Source of the DNA: Nitrospirales bacterium | GTDB lineage: Bacteria; Nitrospirota; Nitrospiria; Nitrospirales; UBA8639 | Length of the DNA stretch: 64,000 nucleotides | Reading direction: 5' to 3' | NCBI GenBank assembly: GCA_965203295.1 | Contig: CBDBCZ010000011.1 | Location: 512,001-576,000, forward strand | Shown: positions 1-20,042 of the stretch, one piece after another | How the letters are laid out: each line of letters begins with the position of its first letter | Numbering within the stretch: the first letter of the stretch is position 1 | The notes under the pieces: generated by a model | The model's database searches: none | Seen by the model: only the letters and a program-made list of their open reading frames with translations | What the model was told of the DNA's origin: nothing | Position numbers and translations under genes: made by a program

Positions 1-124
1 AATTCACAATATTAAATTTTCGCCATCAAAACTCACCCTACTTCAATACCATTTTCATTATAATTCGCCATCAAAACCCACCCTACTGTACTTCTCCTGC
101 TCCTATACATGCACGTACACACAG

Positions 125-3100
125 CCCGAGTTTGAGGCCGTGTTTCGGATGTACGGTGAGGACGTTAAGTTCACCTATCTGAGGAGCTTTGGCCGGGTGC
201 GGGTGAGCTACCCCTCCTCTGAGCAGGCCTCCATGGCCCAGGAGAACCTCAACCACCGGGAGTTCAGAGGCAGCAACCTCAAAGTCTGCTCCATCAAGGT
301 ATACATACATACACAGTACTAATAGTTTCATTCTAATCTATAATCCAGGCCTTACCCAGATTTCTCGTAATCTTGTCTAAGATTTTTCTCCGAGGTTGTT
401 AGATGAAAACTGGGCCAGTAAAGCCTGGATTAGATGAAGTTATAGCCTTGTATGACAGTTTACGCCTGAGAATCACTGTATACTAAGACTTCTATAATAA
501 GTGGACATGTACATGTACATCCCAGGTTGTGGTCCCATGTATATACCCACAGATCTTGATTTCTATTTCATCAGTATAGTAGGAATGACAATACTAGTGC
601 ATTTGACTCTCACCATGCACCCTTTATGCACATGCATAGCTGGTTGTTTTATACCAGTGGATGTTGTGCTGCAAGAGTATCATTGTCAGCCACAATCAGT
701 CACGACTAATCACTTCAATGGATTACCTATCTTATCTGTGTGATAGTTCACTTAATACATGTACATGCAATTCTACGCGGGGTTAATTCCAAACCATGCA
801 TCGGCGTCGACAGCATACACAGCTGTACTCCCTTTGGACTGTACCTGTATACTGTGTGATCTTGGAGTTTAAAAACCTAACCCTATACCGGTAGTCCCAC
901 ACCACAGTATATAGTGCAAGCCTGTAATCTGTTACGAAAATATGTATACACTTTAACTGAAATATCTGGCTTGCAGCATGTTCTCTGCTATCCAGTTAGA
1001 GTAGTCATGAGGTCACATTATAGAACTACACGTCCAACATTACTTATATATTATTGAGCAAGTGCAAAAGGGATATAATATATATATATATATATTTTTG
1101 CCATTCCTAGGTGATTGCTAAGTTTATTGGGGCAAATAAACCAGCTACAAGCACGCTCACTGAAGCGAAGCTTGTACTGTGGTTAGGGAATATGCAGATA
1201 CAGCTGAGTCAGCACAGAAGCCAAGTTGTACCACTGCAGGCCGGCTCAACCACTTAGCAAAATCTAACTATAACACGCTCAGTCGGGATATTGCTGATTT
1301 ATAAGCACGAGGCCGAAAGTGAAGCACGACGGCTGAGTGCTATAATCAACAACATCCCTCCTGGGCGTGTTATAACTAAAACATTAGCATATCAAGCTGC
1401 TTTGTATTACTTCATTGTCCTTGCGTGTCAAGTTACATGATATGCATGTAGACTAAATGTACAATATAGTAAAATGAGACAATATCGTGCATTGTAAATA
1501 AGTGAATGAGTGTTAGCTTTTTTCTTGTACAAAAATTATGGAATGGATATGACTATATATATCAGGCATGGTACTTCTATAGGCAATTATAAGTATCACT
1601 ATATAGAGTCTGTAGTTATTAGGTGAGAGCCATACAACATGCCACTGCGGTAAGTGATGCAGACAGCAGTTTGTTTACTGTACATAGATTTCTAAAAGCT
1701 CAACACGTGTGTCTCCATACTCAACTACAGCATTACCGTCACAAATCCGCACTTCTATGTCATCAGTAGTGGGTGCAGATACCTCTACCATGAACCATGG
1801 AGGCGAGTTGAAGGAACAACACATAGTGGCTTCCCCACACCCCTGCCCATCCCAGAGTGGATCGCTGCTGTACAGAGTAGTTGTATCAGTATCATAAGTC
1901 TCAGTTCCCGATTCGCAGAAATAGTTATTCCCAACAAAGCTTGGAGGAAGATACGCTGCAGGGTTGGGATTGGCACATGGACACACCTGAAATGAATCCT
2001 GTGTTAAGTATCCCTCACGTAAACCAGAAGCAAAACTCCAAATGTGCTGGCGGGGCTCTTGCCCATGTGTTATACTGATTCCATCAACATAGTAGGGAGT
2101 GTCAGCAGTAACATCTGAACTAGCTGAGAATGCCGTTGTTTGACCAAACTGGTAGCCTCTAGCCCTTCCGCATACTTTTTGGTATTCAGTTCCCTGAGAG
2201 CTGTAAGTCACGGAAGCGCTTTGTGACAATGAAGCTGGCCTTCCACAAAGTCTCAGTGATGTAGTGTACTCCATCCAACCATCTGGACACTCATGTGAGG
2301 GGAGACCCATGTTTAGGTAGACGATCCGTGTCCATCCTGGCCCCCCACATGCTGACATGTTCGTTTCTTCCTCCTGAATTGACTGTGGAATAGTTTCTTC
2401 TATGGTGGGTAGTATGGAGTCAAGCAGAGAGTCCAGTTCTTCCTCAAACTGACTCATTGCCATTTTCAGCTGTTCTTCAGTGGGGCAACCCTGGCCTTCT
2501 CCAAAGATGACCTTGGCAGGGTGTGAGAGAGGGGCAGTTGCATTTTGCTCCTCAGAGACAGCAAAGTTGACTTGCAGAGCAACAGCAGATAGAGCCACTG
2601 CAAACAGAACAACTTGATTCATTGTCTTCCTTATAACTGACTTGATGGTTTAACTAATCCAGTAGCTACCCTTTCTCATATATACACGTACATACTATAC
2701 ACTCGGCACACTTAAACCTTTTTTATATATCTTAGATCTATGAATCTAGGTGTTTGTGTGCAGCAGGATTAGTTAGTGGGAGAGCAACTTCCTCATCAGT
2801 TTCCCATGGTTCACGACTGGGCTGATTTGCGATGCTTGTTCATATGTATTATAGCACTGTATGTTGACATACATGTTTACGGTAATAATCAGTAATAGCT
2901 CAGTAGACTGGTATGTTTCCTTGTGGAGGAAATACTTAAACCCGTTCAGGCTGATAAGTCTTACACACTACATTGCATGAGCATTATGTGTATATGTCTT
3001 TACCTGCATATGCACACACTCCTGAATGTAGCCCTTCACCCTAGGTAGCCAGACTCTCGGGCTCCCCAAGCTTTCGAAGCAGTTCCTCATCTCTCCCCCG

Positions 3101-3872
3101 GCCTCTCCTCCCATCGGGTGGGAGCAATCAGACGAGGCGTCTCCTTGTGTGGACTTCTCACTGGTCACCGCACTTGCCAGCTTGCATCTGCCAGGTAGGT
3201 AGACTGAGGCTAAAGCTAGGACTAGGATAGAACAGCTAGGGCTAAAATTTCATAGTCACATGTGAGACATTAAGTGCTCAATACTTTCCAGTCCTCCATC
3301 CATGCTTTAGTCTACCAGTTATTACATGTAAGCCTAGCTTCTGCAATACATATACTGGATAGAATATATATAGGCACACTGGGGCCAAGCAGTTACTATC
3401 TAACAGATACTCTTTTATACACCCAGTTTAGGGACAACTTGAAGGAGCATACATATATACTATGGGCATGCATGAGAATATCTGATTGATACTAGAATAT
3501 AGTCAGGAACATATTAAGCCTAACAAGTTTCTGTATGTGTTTGGTACTTAGACAGCTTAGAGCTCAGGGCAACTTGATGCAAACAAATCTGTAATCTAGT
3601 TAATTTTGTGGTCTGTTCAAATAATATTTGATTCAAACAGTACCGCAGTCTAATTCATTTTTGCTGTCTGTTCACGTAATGTAGGGGACTCTCAGGAGCT
3701 GCATGAGGGCACAGCAACCACTCCTAGCATCGTGGTGGTGAGCCCGGAGGATTTGGAGATGGACACCACTCCCTCCATCCTAAGAGAGAGGGACGCTGAG
3801 CTTCCCGCTATCAGCCTGGCTTCACTGCCACCAGAACTCAGGCATACTGCACGGCCACCCAGTACACAATAG
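125..3872 (+). CDS. RCAN: Regulator of calcineurin (RCAN/calcipressin), last three coding exons: 125-298, 3032-3194, 3685-3872; 5' exon(s) lie outside the window
   Basis: The spliced translation gives an RRM part (FTYLRSFGRVRVSY), the signature KQFLISPPASPPIGW, PxIxIT-like TPSIVVV and C-terminal HTARPP*. All introns are GT-AG with consistent phases (0, 1). Confidence 0.95.
1266..1378. mobile_element. Short foldback (palindromic) element, Crypton-terminus-like
   Basis: Imperfect inverted arms tataacacgctcag...gcac / gtgc...ctgggcgtgttata around a cgaggccgaa centre. Confidence 0.55.
1675..2622 (-). CDS. Secreted 315-aa protein with a Cys-rich C-terminal domain of a sponge-expanded uncharacterised family; intronless, nested antisense in an RCAN intron
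   Basis: Open ATG-to-stop ORF with a hydrophobic signal peptide and motifs GWTRIVYLNM, KVCGRARGYQ, YVDGISITHG, CPC, YFCESG, DPLWDG, PPWF, LLEIYVQ*. Confidence 0.88.
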   Translation of the reverse strand: MNQVVLFAVALSAVALQVNFAVSEEQNATAPLSHPAKVIFGEGQGCPTEEQLKMAMSQFEEELDSLLDSILPTIEETIPQSIQEEETNMSACGGPGWTRIVYLNMGLPSHECPDGWMEYTTSLRLCGRPASLSQSASVTYSSQGTEYQKVCGRARGYQFGQTTAFSASSDVTADTPYYVDGISITHGQEPRQHIWSFASGLREGYLTQDSFQVCPCANPNPAAYLPPSFVGNNYFCESGTETYDTDTTTLYSSDPLWDGQGCGEATMCCSFNSPPWFMVEVSAPTTDDIEVRICDGNAVVEYGDTRVELLEIYVQ

Positions 3873-4858
3873 CCACAATTTGCAGTTGGTGCTTTGTATG
3901 TATGTATGTGTGTACATGATTATTATCAGACTTCATCATAGCTACTCTCACTGGCCAGACTTAAGAATCTTTCGAATATGGACTGAGCCTATAAGCAACA
4001 GGCAGGCAAACATGCTTACAAGCCAGGGTGAATGTACCATTCCACTTTATGCGTATTGTATAATTAGCTTATACCATGCAGTGAATGTTGTGCATGAAGT
4101 GCAAAGCCCAGCCACTTGGCCATAATGGGTATGTAGATTCAATTCATCTGCTCTGATTATTGACTGTGAACATAAATTGCAAATCCTCTGAGTTACGTAA
4201 TTCATATAGTTACGAATATGGGTGACACCCTATATTGGTTATCATAAGAGCTATAGATAAATGTATCATGATCAGCATCAGCTGTTCACTGCACACAATA
4301 TAGCATGCAGCTAATGTGCATGCAGTCTATTGTAATAATTTACGTACAGACAGCATTACATAGAGTCGAGACTTGCAACTGGGTACTTAAAAATAATACT
4401 ATAGCTACTGCTGGCTGCATTCTTTTTTTATGATGATCTTAGTTGTTTTTTTTTTCTATCTATATACGTTAACATAATATTATGCCAGTGGTAAAAGCAA
4501 TAATCATATCAGCCTCATTCCCAGTAGATCTAGTTCCGCCTGGTTGTGTAATTATTATGATGGTGCTTCATCAAAAAGAAAATGCATGATCCATAACACT
4601 GGGAGTGAAGCCACGAGGGACAATGATATCAAACACAGCAAAACATACATACGTAACTCTTATATTGTTGCAGTGCTATAACTATAAAAGTAAGTGTGCA
4701 TAACCATAGTTATAATGATTGTACATGTGTGCATGAATGATCAAGTTGATTCAGTGACAGTCTTTGCATGCCCATAATAAAGAACCCACATGAATTGGAT
4801 ACTGGGAAAAAGACAGGTTAGGGAGGTATAAAATTAATGTACATGATGCAACTGTCAA

Positions 4859-5807
4859 TTATTGCACGTATATTTCCAAAAGCTCAACACGTGTGTCTCC
4901 ATACTGAACTCCACCACCGTTACAAATCCGTATTTCTATGTCATCAGTAGTGGGTGTAGGTAGTTCTACAGTGAACCATGGAGGCGAGTTGAAGGAACAA
5001 CACATAGTGGCTCCCCCACACCCCTGCCCATCCCAGAGTGGATCGCTGCCGTACAGAGTATGTGTACTAGTATCATAAGTTTCTGTTCCTGATTCGCAGA
5101 AGTAGTTATTCCCGACAAAGCTTGGAGGAGTATACGCTGCAGGGTTGGGATTGGCACATGGACACACTTGACTAGAATCAAGTGTTGAGTATCCCTCTTG
5201 TAAGCCAGAAGCAAAGCTCCAAATGTGCCGGCGGGGATCTTGCCCATGTGTTATACTGATTCCATTAACGTAGTAGGGAGTGTCAGCAGTAACATTCGAA
5301 CTAGTTGAAAATGCCGTTGTTTGACCAAACTGGTAACCTCTAGCCCTTCCGCATACGTTTTGGTATTCAATTCCCTGAGAGCTGTAAGTCGCTGAAGCAC
5401 TCTGGGATCCTCCAGTTGGCCTTCCACAAAGTCTCAGTGACGTAGTATAGCTACTCCATCCAGCCACATGGACATTCATGTAAGGAGAGGCCCATGTTCA
5501 GATAGACGATCGGAGTCCATCCTGGCCCCCCACAGGCTGACATCTCTGGTTCTTCCTCTAGAGTTGACTGTGGAACAATTTCTTTGATGGTGGGTAGAAT
5601 AGAGTCAAGTAGAGAGTCCAGTTATTCTCCAAACTGACTCATTGCCACTTCCAGCTGTTCTTCAGTGGGGCAACCCTGGCCTTCTCCAAAGATGACCTTG
5701 GCAGGGTGTGAGAGAGGGGCAGTTGCATTTTACTCCTCAGAGGCAGCAAAGTTGACTTGCAGAGCAACAGCAGGTAGAGCCACAGCAAAGAAAATGATTC
5801 GATTCAT
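4859..5807 (-). pseudogene. Disabled paralog of the 1675-2622 secreted protein
   Basis: Colinear with the intact copy from ATG (5807) to stop. It has CAA>TAA at 5730-5732, a second in-frame TAA near 5622 and a 4-nt insertion near 5450 giving TAG plus a frameshift. Confidence 0.9.
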
Positions 5808-6783
5808 TTCCTAAACTTCAACAGCTGGAGTTAATGTATTATAACTAAGGCACTACCAATCTGATAGCTATAACCACCCTCACTGGTAAAATATATAGCT
5901 ACACTACATACGCACTATATTATAGCTACGTCCATGACATATTACAGCATTGCTACGTATAGCTAATGGTGCATGTTTGTGCAGTGGGATTACTTAGTGG
6001 GTGGGCGATTTCCTCATCAGATTTTGATTGCTCATGATCAAAGCTTCTCTGTGATGAGTTAGAAGCACAAACACTAATGGTTCACTTGATTGGTATGTGT
6101 TTCCTCATGGAGGGATTGCATAAACATTTCCAACCTTATAGTACATGTATGTATGGCACTGACTGAATTATAACCCTGGGGGCAAGTCTGTTATCTAGCT
6201 AATGGAAGGATAATAAATAAATAAATAAATAAGTTACAGAAAAAGCACTTTCCAAAAAAGTGCAAAAAGCAGTCATATAGGGATGCACTTCCATCAAAAA
6301 CATTTCCCCGAAAACCGACGAAACAAGCAACAATGCACACCAGAAGGCATTCACAGACTACCCACATATAGTCATAAAGGTATGCAGGTGAAAACCACTA
6401 TGAGCAGACGCCCCCCCTCCCCCAAAGTCCGACTTTAGCTTACTGAAACAAACAAACAAAAGAAATTAACATTAACACCACAGCATGCATATAGCTAGCT
6501 ACAACGGTGATATTAGCTCGACTGTTGGAATGATCCCTCAAAATTGGAGTATCCTCCATTTTGGTACAAGCTGTGCTACACTCCAGTCTATGCAGGCATG
6601 CCAGGGTAGTTGCGTGTTGATCAGCTGTTACAGTGAAGGCCTAATGTGAATGGTGAAATAGTAAATCACAGCCTGCATAGACTGGCGGTAGGTATCGCGG
6701 TCTTACCGCATGTATCGTACGTACACGTCAACGCGTAGTGCTCTAATTACGAGGATATCCCTTATAATTAAATGTTTCTCTCG

Positions 6784-6793
6784 GTCACATGAC
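6784..6793. promoter_or_regulatory. M-box/CLEAR-like E-box (GTCACATGAC) in the RagA proximal promoter
   Basis: One mismatch to the CLEAR consensus GTCACGTGAC, about 65 nt upstream of the RagA ATG in a CpG-rich patch. Confidence 0.35.
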
Positions 6794-6856
6794 AGGCGTG
6801 GTAGCATGCAAGTCACTGACTAGCCCAAAAACGCACAAGAAAACTGAACACACAAG

Positions 6857-14202
<7,346 letters not shown>

Positions 14203-16329
14203 CATTGTTCAGATATTACTGTGTCCATCATTCGTCTTTTTTAGGGAAAATTCCACCACAGTACTGAATATCACGCATGCAATTACAGACACAAACATAC
14301 CTTTATTGCTTAACATTAATAATTAAGAAGAGGACATATTGAATGTATAGGGATTGTTTTGGGTCACTCTTAACGCTGTTGTCATGGTTGCTTTCTCATT
14401 CATTCACGTGTACATTTGATTGATATTTATTTATGTGTATTGCTGGACTTAAGTGGTACTGTTTAGTGCGGGAGCATCGATGTCATAAGTGGGTAAACTC
14501 TAAATTGACATTTATCCATCAAAGTATAGGTGTGATCGACAAAGCTGAAACAACTGCGCACGCACTTTGCGTGCATCAGAGACCCGCGATATACATGTAC
14601 GCGCATGCGCACTCGTGAAAAACGTAGCCAGCCTCTCGATATGGCAATATACTCATCCATGCTCCAACTTGCCTAACCCAAACCGTACGCGTCTTCCTGC
14701 AATACGTATAGCCACTCCGTTTAATCATATATTTTCTATGTTTTAGCCATAGATAAATTTAACGGACTTCCTCACCGACGCGACGTCGACCCGTACCCAC
14801 GGACGCGCGTACAAAGTCACGCGTAAGGAATTAAAAATGAATTAGAGGGGCCGCGGCGTATATATAGCTTGCGCATGCTGCGCCCAGCGGCACAGATCGA
14901 GTTGGTGTGAACGTACGGCAGGCTATATGTCCGGCTAGGTGAGTTGCTATTATTTTTTTACAGCTATATGAGACCCATACCAGTATAATTTCTCATTAAT
15001 AGCGGCAGCCCAAGTCAGAATTCTCTGTTATTTTTTTTGAGTACATGTACATATTAGTTAACAATTATGGACAAGCAAGAGAAAAAATGGGTCTACATGC
15101 ATGTATGCCAATTGTAACTAGCCCTATGCGTGGCTGTATCAAAGGCACTGGTATACTGCTGCTACTGTATTATCTATGTATAGACTCAAGTTGACAGAGA
15201 GACAGCTGCTAAACTTGCATTATATCACATTACATCATCCACAATAAAAATGATTGGCTAAAAAGTATGGGCTACATGTACATGGTTTCACAACCCACAG
15301 TTTGCTACGTTCCTACACAGTGAAGATTTTAGGCCACTCCAAATTATACTTTAGTTTCCCCCGTCCCCCTAAATGCTATAAAAACAAGCGGGACGGGTGG
15401 TTTGTTTTCATTATCCATTATTCTAACTGGGTGTTTAAATGGTAGCAGAAAATTAGTCTGGAGGAGTACAAGGTGCATAAAACAGCAGCCTTACTGCACG
15501 AGGCACGCACAAGTGCAGCCCGATCGACACAAGACGAAAAAGTACAGTAGCACATTTATAATATTATTATAAAGCTTAATGTTTACGTGTTACTATAGTA
15601 GCTGATCGAAATAATTTACTAAATCTGATTGGTTAGCTAGTCATGATTACTAATGACCTCTGCTAGACCTCCCCAAGTTTTGCGTGGAGGAGGGTCTAGC
15701 CTAAAAAAATAGCGGTGGACGGGAAACTGAAGTGTAATTTGGAGTGGTCTTACGCATGCACAATGTGCTATAAGTGAGCTAGACTGCAACCACTTGTGTT
15801 ATGTACTATAACCCGCTTGTTTGCATTTATTCAGGACCTCGGCTTTGCCTCGGGATAAGCATAACCCACTCTTGGGTGTAGTGTATCCTAAACATATGGT
15901 CATATAGCCTTGCAACATTATATTACACAGTGTAATACACCACATATTGCATGTTGCTATATGTTTGGACCAGTCAAGTTTATGCTGATTTAGCAACAGT
16001 AGTTCCTCTGTCAACGTATAGGCAATTATTAGCCCTTTCACCGGTATAGGCCACTTTACGGCCCAATGAAACGAAAGAAAGTCCATATATATATAATTAT
16101 ATGCAAGCTCTCATGATGTATATATTTGGGAACACACTCTGGTTGTTTGATAGCAGCCGTACATGTATAATTCCCACTCATTTTTTAGGCTTAGACTCTA
16201 ACTATAAATTAACTTTATCATGCATATATACATTCACCAGTACCATTTGCATGCCAGTAGCATGTTGACTGATTATGTGCATATTTATTCTTCTATAGGT
16301 ACATATGCACAACAGCCCTTGGATTCAAA

Positions 16330-16875
16330 ATGCATTTACCTAAGTTGCATGCCTCTATGATTGCCATTGGTGCAATTATCTGCACTATAAGTCTCGGCAC
16401 ACCATGGTGGGGCTTGGTGTCTAAATTTCCCGAGAAAGACGTGCACTTTGGACTGTGGTGGGTCTGTTTCAGCGATGTATATGAGACTAGTTGCGTAGAG
16501 ACTGCAAGATTTTTTCATGATGACACGTGGCTTAATGCTGTCAGGGCATTGGTGATTTTTTCAGTATTGCTGTCACTGGCAACTCTTCCACTGGCTGTTG
16601 TGTCCACTGTCAAGAGCAGTTTGTTCTTCTCCACTGATGCTGCCCTCCTGGCCCTTGCTCAAACTATAGCAATGCTGATTGGACTGGCCGTTTTTACTGG
16701 GGAAATCCCTAAATTACATCACGTTGGCACTACCTCAGTTGGCTGGTCCTATGGCATTGGATGGTTTGGCGTTGGTTTCTACATCACGGGAACAGTATGC
16801 CTCGTCATTCAAACCATCATGCTAAAGCGTCGAAAGCTATATGAAAACATCCACCAGTTTGACATAAAGCACTAA
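16330..16875 (+). CDS. Claudin/PMP22/EMP-superfamily tetraspan protein, copy 1 (181 aa); probable non-coding first exon ending about 14938
   Basis: Four hydrophobic segments, the W...HFGLW..C...C signature and GWSYGIGW. An AG acceptor at 16297-16298 and an upstream ctag|gtgagt exon are conserved in the other two copies. Confidence 0.9.
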   Translation: MHLPKLHASMIAIGAIICTISLGTPWWGLVSKFPEKDVHFGLWWVCFSDVYETSCVETARFFHDDTWLNAVRALVIFSVLLSLATLPLAVVSTVKSSLFFSTDAALLALAQTIAMLIGLAVFTGEIPKLHHVGTTSVGWSYGIGWFGVGFYITGTVCLVIQTIMLKRRKLYENIHQFDIKH

Positions 16876-17584
16876 GTGCTGTCTGTCCGTGATGGCAGCT
16901 ACATTCTTCATTTGTATTTTTTTCTTCGTATAGTTGTGTTTTATCTAGTCATTAGACACCAGATATTAAGTATTAATGTGCTCTAGCTTGTCTGAGAAAA
17001 AGTAAAGGCATTCATATACCCTACATGATTACAACTATGTACATGTAATTAATTTTGATGATAAAGCACAACTATCAACATGTATAAGTGAGTGACTGTA
17101 TACATGGTATTTGATATGATAATATAATTTTTATATATACAACTGTATAGTATATAGTTGGGTGAAGGCTAATAGGCTATACATGTATATGAGTGACAAA
17201 ACAGCTGCTTACGGAAGTCCAGTGGACCAGTGGTACCCTCTAAATATAGTGACTGCATTCTAATCATGATTGAGTTTATAGCTATAGCTACCAATGTTTC
17301 AAATAATATACATGTACCCCATGCATTTGCCAAACTAAAGATTGCGCCAGACATCCTTATATACTAAAGTATATAGTGTACATATGTACTGGTATTTAAT
17401 TAAGTCGTATAGTTGAAGGCAAATGTAGCTAGGTATACACACCTCCCCCCCTTTTTTTGTTATCACCACAAGTCCTAATGCAACATGAGGGGTGACATAA
17501 TTATTAAATCCCATTATTGCCTCAGCATATTACAGCTATGCTGCACAATTATTTGGTACACCAAAATATATGCACATGCATGTA

Positions 17585-17894
17585 CATTGCAAACTCTTCA
17601 AGAGATGATAAGCTTTTCTGAGGGAGTAAAGAAATCCCGAAAAAATAAATAAATAAATAAATGGGACGCAGCTGGAGATTGAACCCAGGACCTTCTGAAT
17701 ACTAGCTATAGTCAGATGCTCTTACCAATTGAGCTACTGGAGCCCCTTGGCAGAGGAGCAGTAGGCAAGGTTTATATTGCCACTAAACCAGCTAGTAGCT
17801 AGCATTGCCAGTATAGGACCCGGCCAATTCCAACTGTACTTACTCTCTCCTTAGGCCTCTCCCCCCATCTCCTAAACATGATAAACGTGCAATG
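17585..17894 (-). mobile_element. tRNA-carrying repeat, copy 3, full length with CATTGCA...TGCAATG ends and TA flanks
   Basis: ta|cattgca ... tgcaatg|ta. The internal tRNA-like segment (about 17663-17743) has a 7-nt insertion in the anticodon loop. Confidence 0.85.
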
Positions 17895-17989
17895 TACACT
17901 ACTGTTGATCAAAGTTCAATGCACTTCAGCAGAGAGCACTGACCCTTTCAGCCTCCTCCTCTTGAATTGGATGCTGGAGGAACGTATAG

Positions 17990-18045
<56 letters not shown>

Positions 18046-18189
18046 ATGAGTTCATTACTCATTATTGTTTGGTTGGTGAATGGCTGCCTTGGTAAATGAC
18101 AGCAGTGTTGCTTCTGCAGTAACTACAGAAATTTCAGTACACAACTGTTGAAGGGAGATTCTTGGTTGGCTAGTAGTCATCTTGAGATA

Positions 18190-18273
18190 TACATATCCTT
18201 GTTCCAACCCGCAACAGTTGTTTCAAAGAATTTTCATCAAACTGTTTGATGCGGGTTGGAACAAGGATACGTA
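18190..18273. repeat. Short inverted-repeat element
   Basis: tatccttgttccaacccgca ... tgcgggttggaacaaggata. Confidence 0.8.
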
Positions 18274-19912
18274 TAATTCAGCACAGAGCTTTCCCTTATA
18301 TGATACATAAAAACACCTATTACCGTAATTTTCAAATTATTCATTGCATGAGTTAAATTCTCTCACATATGTGTGAGCGACCTGCGCTACATTCCCAAGC
18401 AGAGAAACAGGTGGGAAAATCCCATATGGAGGACTAGTTATTGACATGAGTGGCCTTGTATTCAGGGTCTCAATGTGTAGCCAGTGTATGGTCCGACCCA
18501 ATATTGCAGCCTCTGCCTCTGGCTGTAGCTGCCTCTTCTTCATAGACTTATATACATACTAGACTAAGTGTTGTTTTAGTTTACTGAAACTAAAAACAAA
18601 GAGTGTTTTAGTAGGAGCAAACTATAACTAACTGAAACTAGAACTTCAAGGGCACTGGCCTCTGGAAATCTACTACAACTAATCTAATTTTTATTCACCA
18701 AACTGTTAATTTAGTTATATGGTTAACTGAAACCAAAACGATATCTTGTTCTTCATTAGTTTTATATGAAAACTAAATCTACTATATACATCGGAGTAGC
18801 ACACATACACTCAGATAGTGATCACAGCTTTGCCCCTGGGGGTGAGGGGGAACCAGGTGTACACAAAACCATACTACTTGTACTAGACTTAGAATTGCAC
18901 ACTCTCACCTTCGGTGGGTGCTTCTTTGGGAGGGTTGACACCCACGTCTTGATTGATAGAGATCACAGCAGTAACACCTGCCTGTTTGGCAGTGACTGTG
19001 TGAACAGCAGGAATGACATCTGCTTCACCGCACTGTGAAAAAACAATCGAAAAAAGAGCGGGAAACTCTCACATGAATTACCTTCTCTTTGAGGCCAAGG
19101 CAATGCATGCACTAGTGCAGTTGCTACTCTGGGAGCTGTGGGGGGTATTGGGAGCCTTCCTTCAGCTGAGCCCTACACAATGGCAAGGAATAGCTACTGT
19201 TGTCATGCATGGGGTGGGAATTGAAACGCAAAACAGAAATCTTCCAAACAGAAGCCCTGCCACCTGTGCAAAAAAGAATCCCCGTCCCCCTCCTAAAGTA
19301 TGTATGTAGTCATACACAGGCAGTTTGTTGTAACATTCCATATACATCTTGAAAGATCACTACCATTACTTCTATTTCGGTATGCAAAATCTTCCCAAAC
19401 TGAGCAGAATGTGTACATGTATACCTTCTTTCAAGGTGGTTCACAAATGTACAGGTATCTTCTCACCTTCATGCAATCTGTAGTGTGGTTCAACACCCTT
19501 GTGGCATTGGAGATACATGTGTAACTTCTAGAACACTATTGACTGAAGTGTAGCCAACGAACTCTGAATCAATACACAATACATGATTCCGTATTATACT
19601 ATTGAAAAAGGGTGTGGTATCGTGTGGGTGATATATAAAAGAGCACAAAGAAACAGAAGACTGGACCAGTTCTATAGGCTAAAGGAAAAAGAAGTTCTAT
19701 ACAGCAAAAGGCTAATATACAGGTGACAGTAAAACATACACCAATACATCAAAAAGACTCATTCAGTGTGAAAAAACATATATATACATACACAGACAAC
19801 AATGTGAAACAGGTGCACACTCAAAAGTGGGTGTATGCATCACTATAGTAAAATTCTATTCAGTACAAAACACATCAAAAGGCCTAGAGGCCTTTTGGTG
19901 TGTTTTGTATTG

Positions 19913-20042
19913 ATGCCAACTGATTGTGCCTTCAGTATGTTTAGTATGTGAATCATTATTCCATATTATGTATGAGCTATTATGCATAATATGGAATAAT
20001 GATTCACATACTAAACATACTGAAGGCACAATCAGTTGGCAT
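19913..20042. repeat. Perfect 58-bp inverted repeat with 14-nt spacer, directly preceded by a second hairpin (19861-19912)
   Basis: 19913-19970 is the exact reverse complement of 19985-20042. Confidence 0.93.
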
